From: Octopus sinensis
Lineage: Eukaryota
NCBI RefSeq assembly: GCF_006345805.1
Contig: NC_043012.1
Location: 56,296,001 to 56,360,000, forward strand
Direction: 5' to 3'
Length of the DNA: 64,000 nt
Notes under the pieces: generated by a model
Seen by the model: the letters and a program-made list of their open reading frames with translations, nothing else
Database searches by the model: none
What the model was told of the DNA's origin: nothing
Made by a program: the position numbers and the translations under genes
Part shown: positions 12,175 through 24,274 of the stretch, in pieces
Layout: the number at the start of each line of letters is the position of its first letter
Position numbering within the stretch: the stretch's first letter is position 1

Positions 12175-13686
12175 TCAATCCAACTCTGTTGTCAAATTAG
12201 CCAAATGTTGAAGTTTAAGGTCTTCTTGTAGTTCTTGGATCTGAACAGAATATCTGTCATTTGGTCTGAAGAATATCTCATTCTGAACATCAGTGGCAGT
12301 ACTTTGACTACTATTATCTTTGTCACATTCTTTAAATTTCAGATCTTCCTTTCTTGGCCTCTCTGGATCTTCCGTGCTTAGTTTCTCTGGCACTTCCTTT
12401 TGCAACTTCATTAGATTTTCCAATTTTATCTTCTCTGGATCTTCTGTTTCCAAACTTTTCTGATCATTCTTTTTCAATTTCCATTTCCTAATCCGATTCT
12501 TAAAAGAGATTTTCCGAATATAACAAGTTTTCTTTACGGTTTCTCTTGGAAATTCTTTCAGATTCTCTTTTAACCAGATTTGTTTCTTTTTAGCAGGATA
12601 CTGAGACTGGTTTTTCCATAAGTAAGTTCCAGTAATCTGATTTCTTGAGCGGTATTTCAGAGAACAACATGTTAAATATTTTATTACAACTGTCTTAATT
12701 TTTAAGCAGCTCTTAATCTTTTGTGCTCGGTCAAAAGCAGAAAAATTATATTCTGTGTATTTGCAGAACTGTGAAGAATATTCTTCAGATAATTTGCACC
12801 GATTGATTAATAAGGTAAAATATTGCAAAGAGTTGCTCTCTTTTGTCTTAGCAGCATTTTGCTGCAATTGTATTTTTAACAAGTAATTTTGGTTATTATT
12901 AAATACTGACCCACTTAATGAATTAAAATGAGCAACTGAGTGTAATTTAAGAGCTGGTTTTAAATTATTTTCATTGTGGCTATGTAGAAATAATGTATTG
13001 TAATTTTCAGTGCCATTTCCAGAGAACAGTGCCATTTTAAGAGCTGTTGAGTTATTTTGAAAATTCAGATGAGCTAAATGTTCTCCTGGGTAGCTTGAGT
13101 GGCTTAAGAAATGTTCTTTGAATGCAGCATCAATTCCACTAGTAATCAAATGAATCTTCTTTCTCAAATTCGTATTCCTAAGATCTGCCAGAGGACCTTT
13201 GTTACAGAAATATCTGTTTGAAGAGGAAGGAGAGCAGGTGGGGGGCAAGGGAAATTTCTGTTTCATTTTACAATTACTAATGTCATTAACAGTCATATAA
13301 TTAATATCCATTGAATGATTAGAATAAATGGATAACTTAATGTAAAATTTACATTTCAGCTTCTTCCCGTTTGAATAAAAATTTATCATCTGAGTAATTT
13401 TCCAAAACTTAAATGAAATATTAATCAAATAATTTAAGGTAAGAATCTTACTTGGCACTTGTGCATCTGTCAGAAATAAATTTAATATAGCACGAATAAC
13501 TTCTTCAATTTCACTGCTGTTTTCAATTCTGGCTTCAACATTTGTCAAGGGATTAGTATCTTTATACATTAATTTGATTTTATACAAATGCTTATCATAT
13601 TTTACTAAGCAACTTTGGTTATAAACTCCAGAAAACATTTTCATAAATTGATTTGAAGGAAAATAATGTAAATTAAATGCAATCAC
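12175..13686 (-). CDS. Uncharacterised 503-codon ORF, probably a large exon of a lineage-specific gene
   Basis: 1.5 kb stop-free in very AT-rich DNA, far beyond the chance ORFs in this window. No TE motif recognised. Lys/Glu-rich C-terminus with a repeated TEDPE motif. The annotated start is GTG, so the true 5' end (ATG or splice acceptor) is unresolved. Confidence 0.6.
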   Translation of the reverse strand: MIAFNLHYFPSNQFMKMFSGVYNQSCLVKYDKHLYKIKLMYKDTNPLTNVEARIENSSEIEEVIRAILNLFLTDAQVPSKILTLNYLINISFKFWKITQMINFYSNGKKLKCKFYIKLSIYSNHSMDINYMTVNDISNCKMKQKFPLPPTCSPSSSNRYFCNKGPLADLRNTNLRKKIHLITSGIDAAFKEHFLSHSSYPGEHLAHLNFQNNSTALKMALFSGNGTENYNTLFLHSHNENNLKPALKLHSVAHFNSLSGSVFNNNQNYLLKIQLQQNAAKTKESNSLQYFTLLINRCKLSEEYSSQFCKYTEYNFSAFDRAQKIKSCLKIKTVVIKYLTCCSLKYRSRNQITGTYLWKNQSQYPAKKKQIWLKENLKEFPRETVKKTCYIRKISFKNRIRKWKLKKNDQKSLETEDPEKIKLENLMKLQKEVPEKLSTEDPERPRKEDLKFKECDKDNSSQSTATDVQNEIFFRPNDRYSVQIQELQEDLKLQHLANLTTELD

Positions 13687-14226
13687 TTCCTAATATACTT
13701 AATGAATTCAATTTGGAATACAAAATTTGATTTTATAGAAAAATTGAACAAATGAAAGAAAATATAAGACCTTAATATATACTCTAGTGACTGTTTCCAG
13801 ACGCGATAGCTTATTCCATGAATGTTCAAAATTATCTGAAAAATAATGAATAACATATAAAAATAAAAAGTATCATATAACAACCAGCTTTATATACTTG
13901 AGAAATAACACAAGTTTATACAAAATTGGTAAAAACAGCAATTAATTGGCAATTATTTGGAACCAAGTTTTGATAATTTTTTAGGAATCTTCTGTTCTTT
14001 GAAAATTTAGTCAAATTTGTATCAGGTCAAAATATTTGCGTAAAAAAATTTAGAGTATAATAGTTTTATTTTGACCATCTTAAAATACATCTTACAGCAA
14101 CAATGTACATAAAGGTTGTCACTAATGAAAGGGTGGATTAAAATTGTGTGCTGCTGCTTAGGTTTAAAACCTTGTCCCAGTCAAAACAAATCTCAGTTTC
14201 ATGGTTGGAGAAATGTCTATATTTAT

Positions 14227-14600
14227 ATCATCATCATCGTTTAGCGTCCATTTTCCATGCTAGCATGGGTTGGATGGTCCGACCGAAGTCTGGAAAGCCA
14301 GGAGGCTGGCTGCACCAGGCTCCAGTCTGATCTGGCAGTGTTTCTACAGCTGGATGCCTTTCCTAACACCAACCACTCCATGAATGTAGTGGGTGCTATT
14401 TACGTGCCACTGGCACAGGGGACAGGGGAGGCTGGCAACATCCACGATCGGTTGGTGCTTTTTATGTGCCACAGGCATGGAAGCCAATCAAGGCGGCGCT
14501 GGCATCAGCCACGTTTGGATGGTGCTTTTTACATGCCACCAGTATGGGTATCACAACTACAATTTCCATTTGATTTTGATTTTGAGTTTGATTTTTATTT
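14227..14600 (-). mobile_element. RTE-clade LINE 3'UTR / RTE-tailed repeat
   Basis: (TCA)n tail on + strand, then gtttagcgtcc...catgctagcatgggttgga and gctggatgcctttcctaacaccaacc. Same 3' end as the RTE fragment at 24275. Confidence 0.75.
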
Positions 14601-15241
14601 CCAGTAGTTGGAAATAAGGAAAAGGATGAGCCGTCCAAGAAAATAACATTCTTCCACTGCTCTAGGGACCAATTCTGTAGGTTTTTACTCCACTCTAAAC
14701 ACTTTGCAACGTTTGTTTTGAAAGTAGTGGTTTTCTGATTGCAGCCCTTCTGTGATATCCAACTTTGTGCAGCTCCCAGCGAACAGTTTTTATGGAAACT
14801 GGATTCTCAAGGTGATCATTAAGCTCTGCAGTAATTTTGGGAGCTGTAATTTTTGTGATCCTTTCCAACAATTTGCATAAGAGTCCTGCAGTCCCTATCT
14901 AAAAGTTTTGGTTTTCTTCCTGAGCTTTGTTTTGACAAGGAGGTTTTTCCCTCTTTCGCAAAGGCTGTCAATACATTCAAGACAGTACTTCTTGATACAC
15001 CAAACATTTCGGCTGTTTTCGTTACACTAGCACCTGCCATACAAGCACCAACAATTTGACCTCTTTGAAAGTTCAATATAAATCTGTCATTTTAACTAAT
15101 TTTAATTACTTTTATTCTGATGATATCTGAAAAGAAACAGCAATTTTAGCAAAACATTAAGTGACACTAATAGTAAATCAAAAAACGTAAAAATAAACAA
15201 GCTTTTGATGGTTTTATAGATATTATTTTGTCCAAGCCCTG
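14601..15241 (-). mobile_element. Tc1 transposon, 5' half (defective)
   Basis: TA|CAGGGCTTGGACAAAATAAT terminus at 15241. Paired-like HTH FQRGQIVGACMAGASVTKTAEMFGVSRSTV...SGRKPKL, then frameshifted TAELNDHLENPVS..TVRWELHKVGY.RRAAIRKPLLS. Truncated by the RTE repeat. Confidence 0.9.
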
Positions 15242-15574
15242 TATATATTCTTTTTTCATTTTGTGAACAACAGTGTTGTTGATTACAGGTTTAACAGGCC
15301 AATCACTGCTTCACAACATTGCTGATACTGAGAGTTACAAAGGAACATTATTATTACAAACATCACATAAAGGATTTTAGTTTGAAAGCATTAGTCAACT
15401 GGATTTATTGCGAATATTTACATCTTTCTAAGGCAGCAAGCTGGCAGAATCATTAGCATGCTGGACAAAATGCTTAGCAGCATTTCGTCTGCCTTTCTGA
15501 TGCTGATGGATGGTAGTATTCTTTTACCTTTTACTTCTTTCAATCATTGACTGCAGCCATGCAGGGGTACTGCC

Positions 15575-15945
15575 AGCTTGCTTACCAACCACATGGTTCC
15601 GGGTTCAATCCCACAGCATGGCACCATGGGCAAGTGTCTTCTACTATGGCCACGGGCCGACCAAGGCCTTGTGAGTGGATTTGGTAGATGAAAATTGAAA
15701 GAAGCCCATCGTATATATATATGTGTATATATATGCATGTGTGTGTGTGTTTGTGTGTCTGTGTTTGCTCCCCAAGATCACTTGACAACCGATGGTCCTC
15801 GTAACTTGGTAGTTCAGCAAAAGAGACTGATAGAATAAGTACTAGGCTTACAAAGAATAAGTCCTGGAGTCGAATTGCTTGACTAAAGGCGGTGCTCCAG
15901 CATGGCCACAGTCAAGTGACTGAAACAAATAAAAGAGTAAAAGAG
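15575..15945 (+). mobile_element. SINE family A
   Basis: Near-consensus body and tail ggcggtgctccagcatggccacagtcaagtgactgaaacaa. Confidence 0.9.
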
Positions 15946-15959
15946 AAAAAGAGACAGTC

Positions 15960-16215
15960 AAACAAATCAACCCCAATACTTATTTTTAAGTTTGGTACTT
16001 ATTCTGTTGGTCTCTTGCCAAGCTATTAAGTTATAAGGATATAAACAAACCAACAATGGTTGTAAAGCAGTATTAGGGAACAAACACAAACACAAGGCAT
16101 TGACTGGCCCAGATCTATAGCAGAAGACACGAGCCCAAGGTGCCTAGCAGTGGAACTGAACCCAAAACCACGTGGATGTGATGCAAGCTTCTTAACCACA
16201 CAGCCATATTTGCCT
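15960..16215 (-). mobile_element. SINE family A (deleted), inverted relative to its neighbour
   Basis: Reverse-complement head aagcttcttaaccacacagcc and internal tattctgttggtctcttgcc. Confidence 0.8.
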
Positions 16216-16925
16216 ATCAAATTAATTTCATTCCTTTTTTTTTTTTTTGTATAGGTTATCTTATTCAACTGCAGGTCAGCTATGATTTAGCAAAAGCATG
16301 ATCAAAAATATACCAGCCATGACCATCCAGTCTAATTTATGTCAATGATTATATTTTTCACTGTAATTCTTCCTATTTCTTTTGTTTTTAATGAGATGAT
16401 TGAGTTGTGAGTTGATGGAGATATATGTCTACTACTTGTAGCAAATCAAGCAACAATATGAAATCTACCATCAGTTTTATTTTTCATTTAATTTGTTTTT
16501 TGATGGTTCTTGAAGCCATATATAACCTTTCAACAGGAAGCAACACAAATTCCTCTCTTTTCGGAAAATGACAAATATTTATTAACATCTTTTAGTGGCA
16601 GCTATCAAAACTAAAACAGATAATGATCTTGCACTAATTACATTAAAAGGAAAAAAAAAAGATACAAAATACTTAATAAAAAAGAAGTTTACACAAAAAT
16701 ATTTTATAAAAAGAAATTTGAAAAAGTAAAAAAAAAAAGAGCAATAAAAAATAAAAATTGAAGGAAATAACAAGGAATGGAAACAAAGCATGCACTTTTC
16801 AAGTTTAAAGTTTCAGGGAGAAAATAAAATAAAATATAAACACTGATAAAACATTGATTTCTACATCAATGTTTTTGGCTTCTATTTTTTAATCAAGAAT
16901 TTCACAGATGTTTAATTTAATTTAC

Positions 16926-17042
16926 TTTTTGCTCAGGTGGTGGAGAGGTGGAGGGGGATGTGTGACATAGCACTCTGAGTTCTTTGTATTGTTGATGTCA
17001 CAATACACGCGAGCAGCGTAGTAACAATAAAGTATGTCACTT
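16926..17042 (-). CDS. Candidate 117-nt exon
   Basis: Acceptor cattttccccaaaatAG, donor AAAAA|GTAAAT, length a multiple of 3. Open frame SDILYCYYAARVYCDINNTKNSECYVTHPPPPLHHLSK. Local CpG cluster in otherwise CpG-poor DNA. Confidence 0.35.
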
Positions 17043-17715
17043 CTATTTTGGGGAAAATGAATCTACATCCATACACACTGTGTGTGTGTGTGTGTGTATA
17101 AACACACACACATTTACATAAATACATGCACACACATATAGTTTACATGAAGTATTACCTGATAAATGTTTTTCCTTTTTTTTAAAAAAAAGACAAATCA
17201 ATGCAGGTAATTAGAAACAATATACGTTGATGGTTTGTACTTTTACCTTGTATTTCAATATTTTGGAATCAGGATCCAGACACTACAGAACAGAGAAGTC
17301 AGCTCACAAAATCATATCTCCAAAGATTTCCTTAAGGATGGGGGTCCTAAACCCCAAACTTTTGAAATACAAGGCAAAACCACAAATCAATAACTCGTAT
17401 TATTTCTTAAAACTCACATTGCTTTCACTTAAAAATAAAATTTTAAAAATTTACATGTGTGTATATATGTGTATATATGTCAATAAAATAAAACTGGAAT
17501 AAGATTTTGTGTGTGTATATGTGTATATGTGTGTATGTGTGTGTCTGTATGTGTGTCTATATACATACATATACACACACATACACACTCGTACTTTGTA
17601 TTATAATACGCTTCAATTGATAAGTTAAGACAAGTTTAAAGCTATACTCCAGGCAATTTCTTTATTACTCTGGGCAAATATAATTTATTTAACACTCTAC
17701 ACGAGTCAAATTCAC

Positions 17716-17758
17716 CTTGCTGTTGGGTAGGAATAGTTATCTGATCTACAGAAATCTT
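17716..17758 (-). CDS. Candidate 43-nt exon
   Basis: Strong acceptor tttcttctttctttttacAG and donor CAAG|GTGAAT. Two open frames (KISVDQITIPTQQQ or DFCRSDNYSYPTA). Confidence 0.45.
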
Positions 17759-19734
17759 CTGTAAAAAGAAAGAAGAAACCACTGCAATGTATTTTCTCTC
17801 TAAGAAAAAAAAAAGAAAAGGAAAGAAAAAGAAAACAAGAGATGCTTGGTTTTATCTATAGTATTGGTTTCCAGTCTTTTACCATCATGATCCATTATTT
17901 TGGCAAATCAATAATCTCTCACGACTTACTTTTTTTTTTTCAATAGTTAGATAAAAAAAAAAACAATGGGGTGCACTTAACATTTGATACTTTTCTTGGG
18001 GAAATATTTCTCAGTTTTTGTTTGCAGTAAATGTTGTGTTGTAGCTTATTGTATTAACATACTCATGAACATTTTATTTTTTATCAAATATTTGTACAAC
18101 AAAAGATTCTAAGTTTGCAACCACTTTTCTGAATTCTACCAAGTGTATTCCAGTGTTAAAGTAACGTGTTGTAATAGGTGACTAACAGAGCTGGCGACAG
18201 GAGGGGGCATCCAGTTGCAAAACTCTGCTTCAGAAAAACCATCCAATCTGTGTGTATGTTTGCTTTGGCGGTACATATACAGTAATTATACAGAAAAGAT
18301 GATAATGATGAACAATTCCTTCCATAAGCAAACCACTGCAACCAATAGGTACAAAAGCATTTGTCACTTTCAGTTCTTTGTCATAATGGGTGTGTGGAGG
18401 TTTCTATGATTTTACATGTGAAAACAAATTGCAGGGAAACAAATATGAGTTATAAGGGTATTTATATTTTACTAATCCTTTCATGCTTGACTGGCTAGAA
18501 CTGAGAGCCAAATTTTCCTCATAATCACATTCTAATATCTTTAAATAATAATAATATAATGATGATAATGAGCTTATTGTATATAAAGCTTAGATGCACT
18601 ACAGCTTGTCAGAAAGCTTAAAAGAGAGGACAGAAAGCAGATATATAAATAAGATAACAATGAAATCTTAAAATACATGCACAGTACACAGAATAAAGCA
18701 CCAAAAAAGTGAGCATTAAATGAGTCACAAAGAATAAGGGAGCATAGATGTGCACCTCAAGAGTAATTAGCAAATTTCAGAAAGTAAGGATTTTTTGAAA
18801 GATAAGGTGTTCTGAGTGAACTATGAACACAGTTTATTCCAAGCTTCAACACTTCTGAAAGTGAAAAGTACATTTCCAATAGTGTTGAGTTGTGTTTTGA
18901 TTTTATAAACATGTCCAAAAATGGGAAAGATATCGAATTTAAAAAGATGGCTGAAATTGTAGGAAAGATGATGGATAATCTAGTGGCCTTCTACCAAGTC
19001 AGCTGCTAGACATCAACACTTTAGTAGTTGATGTACAGGACACATTGGATAATATTGTTCTAGGTGTACAGTGCTTGGAAGAGAATGATTGGGCATGGTT
19101 GGAGTCTCTTTAACTACAGACCAGCCTAATCAAGGCAAACCTAGTTTTTAAATGATAACAACTGCTACAATAAAATTATGGGTTGCATGGTATGGTCGCC
19201 ATGTAGCAGTTCCTTTGCTGTTTCATTTGCATTTACTTGAGTAAGTTGCAACTCTCCCAGCCTTCTTTTGTTCCAAACATCCAGGATTATTTTTGATTTT
19301 ATTATAAACTCAATTTTCAGTCTAATTAAATTTATAACTTATCAATCCCATATACATATTTCATCTGATGCAAACTAAGGACCCACTGCCCAGTTACTCA
19401 ACCTTCTGATGACAGCAGGTGGATATACCTCAAATGGCATCATGCAATCTTAAAAAGAAAAACAAAATAAATAAGAACACTGGACAGTGTAGTCCAAGAT
19501 AAACAAAAATACAAGATGGTCATGGTCGGCATGCCTTTGATCACATGTTTCTCCTTGTGTAGGAGCTATACAACAAGCCCATAGCTTTGTTTCTTTGTTC
19601 GACGATCGGGTAGAGGTCATAAATCCACTATTCAAGAATGTCACACCCATTTTGGATAACATCTATCAAGATACCAGTAGGAAATTCTTGTAGGGATATA
19701 AAGAGCAAGTTATGGTAAAGTAGACAAAAATATG

Positions 19735-20105
19735 GGCACAGGCATAGCTGTGTAGTGAAGAAGCTCACTTTGCAACTGCAGGTTTCCAAGTTCCATCTCA
19801 CTGCAAGTGTTTCTACTTACAGCCCTAGGCCAACCAATGCCTTGTGAGTGAATTTGGTAGACAGAAATTGTGTGTGTGTGTGTGTATGTATGTATATGTC
19901 TGTGTCTTTGCATTTGTGTTTGTATCCCCCACCATCACTTCACAACCGGTGTTGATTGTTTATATTCATATAACTTAGTAGTTCAGCAAAAGAGACTGAT
20001 AGAATAAGTACTGAGGTTGATCTATTTGGTTAAAAAAAAAACCTTTCAAGGCAGTGCTCCAGCATGGCTGCGGTCAGTGGCTCAAAGAAATAAAAAATAA
20101 AAGAA
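19735..20105 (+). mobile_element. SINE family A
   Basis: Head ggcacaggcatagctgtgtagtgaagaag, tail ggcagtgctccagcatggctgcggtca. Confidence 0.85.
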
Positions 20106-20596
20106 GAAATGGGGATTCCAGTTGTTTAATCAACAAAACTACATACTTAGTAAATCAAAGTGTAAATGTGATAGAGTATTCCACAAACACTTCAGGGAAA
20201 TTTCGTTGCTATTTCTAGGAAGTTGAGCAACTGCATAGAGGCTCCCTCTGTGCTTCACATACATGCAATTTTGTTGATTGGAAAGTCATCGAGCTATGCC
20301 ACCATGCAATATCACAACTGTATGTCTTTTACTGTAAAATATCTATCACATCATCGTGCTGTTCACCAAGTGATTTTGTCTGTGTATTCATATATTTATT
20401 TATTATGCTGTACGTGCAAAACCATGATAAATGTGTCAGCTTACTATCACCATAGGAGAAAAAATATGAAGCATACACTGAAAAATATTCCAACACACAT
20501 ACACACACACAGAGTCATTTAAATAAATATGTGTATGTGAATGTGTAAGTATGCACAAACACACACATATACATACATGTATACACACATATTTAT

Positions 20597-20641
<45 letters not shown>

Positions 20642-21304
20642 GGCAGAACAGGGCAAACTGTCTGAGTATGGAAGATAGTCCATCTAGCCAGACTAAAACT
20701 ATAAATATTAATCATTAAATACAAAAAGAAAATGATCTCCAATATTAAAATGCTAATTTTATAGCATGAAATTAATTCTTTGAAAACCTGCCACCTTTCA
20801 AGTTAAATGTATACACTAACTATACTACTATTCTAGTAGTTGATAATAATACTGCTATGCTAATCATTGGGTATTCCATTTTCCTGCACTACCTGATTAA
20901 CTATGTGAGAAACTAGCATGTGTCCTACTTCACTGGAGCATCTCAGAGCCTATCTCTGATGATCTAGCTGCTTTTTCTGCTATCATATCCTCTCATGCAT
21001 TTCCAGTATATAATTGATAAACTTCAATAGCTGGACCTTGTGTTAGTTCCAGTTGGTAACCTCTCATAAAAAAACATTTTCATGCCTCTTTCTTTTCAGT
21101 GTTAATGAGGGCTACTGTGTTACTATCATTCACTACACATTTTCTCCATCAACATCTTGATACATACATTTTTGCACATGTAAAATGTACATACATGCCC
21201 TACACCACAATGTGGGCAAATGTCTTCTATTATAGATCCAGGCCAGCCAAAACATTCAAGCATGGGAAAGTAGATGTTATAACAATGATGAAGATATTGT
21301 ATAC

Positions 21305-21337
<33 letters not shown>

Positions 21338-21342
21338 GTAGA

Positions 21343-21490
21343 TGTAGGAGTGGCTGTGTAGTAAGTAGCTTGCTTATGAACCACATGGTTCCACTGTGTG
21401 GCACCTTGGGCAAGTGTCTTCTACTATAGCCTCGGGCTGACCAAAGCCTTGTGAGTGGATTTGGTAGACGGAAACTGAAAGAAGCCTGCC

Positions 21491-21524
<34 letters not shown>

Positions 21525-21735
21525 TTGTGTGTCTATGTTTGTCCCCCCAACATTGCTTGACAACCGATGCTGGTGTGTTTACGTCCCTATAACTTAGTGA
21601 TTCGGCAAAAAGAGACCGATAGAATAAGTACTAGGCTTACAAAGAATAAGTCCTGGGGTTGATTTGCTCAACTTAAGGTGGTGCTCCAGCATGGCTGCAG
21701 TCAAATGACTGAAACAAGTAAAAGAGTAAAGAGAG
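21343..21735 (+). mobile_element. SINE family A, full length
   Basis: Near-consensus head, (TG)n centre and tail. Confidence 0.9.
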
Positions 21736-21779
21736 TAATTTTCTAAGTGTCATAGCATGTAACAAAATGTGGATGTATG

Positions 21780-21975
21780 GTTAAAATGTCAAAACAAAAA
21801 GGTAGCCGTCACTATGAGTTGGATTGCTGTTGCTAAAACAGTGATGTCGATCATTTTCTTCAACTTGAAGGGTGTTACTCATCATGAATTTGTTCCACAA
21901 GATCAGATGACCAATAAATAGTTTTATTTATATGTCCTGAGGTATGTGAGTGAAGCAGTACAATAGAAGAGACCT
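21780..21975 (+). mobile_element. mariner transposase internal fragment (pseudogenised)
   Basis: KTVMSIIFFNLKGVTHHEFVPQDQMTNK*FYLYVLRYVSEAVQ*KRP matches the mariner block after the first catalytic D (VFFD.KG..H.EFVP.GQT.N..Y...L......KRP). Confidence 0.75.
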
Positions 21976-22129
21976 ACCATAAGGACAAACATAATCTTTT
22001 AGTGTCTTCTGCTATAGACCTGAGTCATCTACAGCTTTGTGAGTGACTTTGGAACACAGAAACTGAAAGAAGCTTGTTGTGTGTGTGTGTGTGTGTGTGT
22101 GTGCGTGCGCGCGTACACATGTTCATAAC

Positions 22130-23727
22130 TCCTTGCTTCAAGATTGTGCATTAGTTGTAAGCAAATGTCATTGTCGTTCATTTGCAGTCTTCCATGAATT
22201 TGCAGCTTGGCTAACGTCTGTGCTAAGCACACATGCACGGAATTGACTCCTTTGTTCCCCAGACAAGATGAGTATAAAAAGAAAGAATTATTCCATGGAG
22301 TACAAGAAAGGAATTGTGGAAGAGTCACATAACAAGAATCTCACGGCATTCTGTAAGGAGATGTTGGATCTCCAAATGGTTCGGAAATGGCGAGCAGAGT
22401 ACGATAATCTCAGCAGACAGATGGATGAGGAGAATGCTAAGAAGTGCAAGTGTGGATCAGGTCAACAGCCATTATTTATGGAGCTGGATGGCTGACTGAA
22501 GAACAAAGATTATGATTGTACGCAGGGCTGATCTTCAAGAATTTGCTTTTGCAATGGCAACACAGTTGGATCTATTCCCAGAGATATTCAAAGTATCAAT
22601 TCATTGGTTGGATAACTTCCTTTGGCGATATGAGCTCTCTCTAAGAAGATCGACAACACTGTTCAAGCTGGAGGATGCTGAAGTGATTCAACGTGCACTT
22701 GCATTCAAGTCCTTCATTGATGGTATCGACTTTTCTAAATACAATCTCTCCAATATAATTGCTATGGATGAGACTGCAGTATTTATGGGCCAAGGATCTA
22801 AAACGACAATTGAACAGACAGGTACCTCATCAATCTACATAGCTTCAACAGGTTATGAAAGTACAAGAGTTACTTGTATTTTAGCAATTCATCTTAATGA
22901 AACAAAAGTCTCACTGCTTACCATCACTAAGGGCAAAACAAAAAGAGAAAATGGAATGAGATTCAGGCGTTTATGTCCTTGAAACGGAGAATGGCTTGGT
23001 GCACACAAGTTGTTATAAAGAAAATGGGTTGATTTAACTATGCCACTTGTTTTACATGGTTCTCAAAGAGATTTTTTAGTCTGGGATTTGGCCAGTACTC
23101 ATCGTGCAAAAGATATGGAAACCTTCCTTTCTGAAAGAAGAATTGACCACATAATGATTCCCGCGGGAATGACTTCAGATCGAGAAACATTAGATCTTAT
23201 AATAAACAAGCCTTTCAAAGATTATTTGCAGATAGAAGTGAATTGAACATAGTATGGAGAGAAATCAGTGTGGAAGCTTTGTCAAACCCAACCTCCAAGA
23301 AGTTGTGAATTGGGTGAAGAATTCATGGAATAAAATTACAGACAGCTGCATTGCCAATGCACTACAGGGAGGGTACTTGGACAAAAAGTGTCCATTTAAG
23401 GAAAGTTATAATGCCAAACATCAGAGATTGGGGTCCATGGTTCTACAGGAAATGGATTTGCAAGAAATTCAGTCTGAAGTGCGGGGTTTGATGATTTATG
23501 ATGATGTTCCAAAAGAGTACTTGACTAAAAACCATAAGCAAATAAATAAACTTTTGATAACTAAAAACACAGGTTTCCTTTTTATAATTTTTCCCTTTTA
23601 CCTGAGGACATGAGACTTTTATGTCTTTCTGCAAAAATATAAGATATCCCCTGAAAATAAGCCCTAGTGTGTTTTTTGGATGCAAAATTAATATAAGACT
23701 GGGCCTTATTTTCAGGGTAACACAGTA
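22130..23727 (+). mobile_element. pogo/Tigger-superfamily DNA transposon (DD35D spacing), defective, most of transposase retained
   Basis: HTH (KRKNYSMEYK...VRKWR), CENP-B-like HTH (WLDNFLWRYELSLRRST), and catalytic IAMDET, VWDLASTH and ETLDLIINKPFK with 35 residues between D2 and D3. 3' end ggccttattttcagggtaacacag|TA, with a subterminal inverted copy at 23648-23664. Confidence 0.9.
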
Positions 23728-24274
23728 GGAGAAATATTACCTTACTTGGAAACAGGTGAAGTTTTGTGACATGAAGGGCATAAAAAAATCTGCCACATTG
23801 AATTTTGTCTGACCCATGCAAGTATGGAAACATGGATGTTAAATAATGATTTTATATATATACATATATATTATGTATATATACATATATATGATTGATA
23901 TATATACAAACACAAATTGGTGCATCATTTGATTGAACCTGAATTCTCACCAAGTATAAAACATAAGAGATGTAATGTATTCTGAACTAAAATGTACAAC
24001 ACACACAAACAAGATCATCTTAATCATTTAATGTTTGCTTTCCATGCTGGCATGGGTTGGATGGGTGATTTGACAGGAGCTGGTGAGCCAGAAGACTATA
24101 CCAAGCACTATTTTCTGCTTTGGCATGGTTTCTATGCCAACCACTTTACAGAAGTACTGAGTGCTTTTTATATGACATATATATATATAAATATATCTTT
24201 CATCTTTTGCTTGCTTCAGTCATTAGACTGTAACCATGTTGGATTTTAGTCAAATGAATTAACTGTCATATATA

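Noticed and set aside
16937-17031. Plus-strand exon-like segment (acceptor ctttttgctcAG, donor AAA|GTATGT)
   Set aside because: All three frames stop within 14 codons. It is only viable as a terminal or non-coding exon, and it overlaps the better minus-strand candidate. RNA-seq could reverse this.
19130-19450. Long minus frame with few stops (IILDVWNKRRLGELQLTQVNANETAKELLHGDH) as a pseudogene; similar case at 20870-21070
   Set aside because: No motif I can assign. It needs TBLASTX to distinguish an ancient TE or pseudogene from chance.
19563-19693. Plus-strand 42-codon frame AIQQAHSFVSLFDDRVEVINPLFKNVTPILDNIYQDTSRKFL* after an AG (similar case at ~15289-15380)
   Set aside because: No partner exons or recognisable homology. 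Frames this short are expected by chance.
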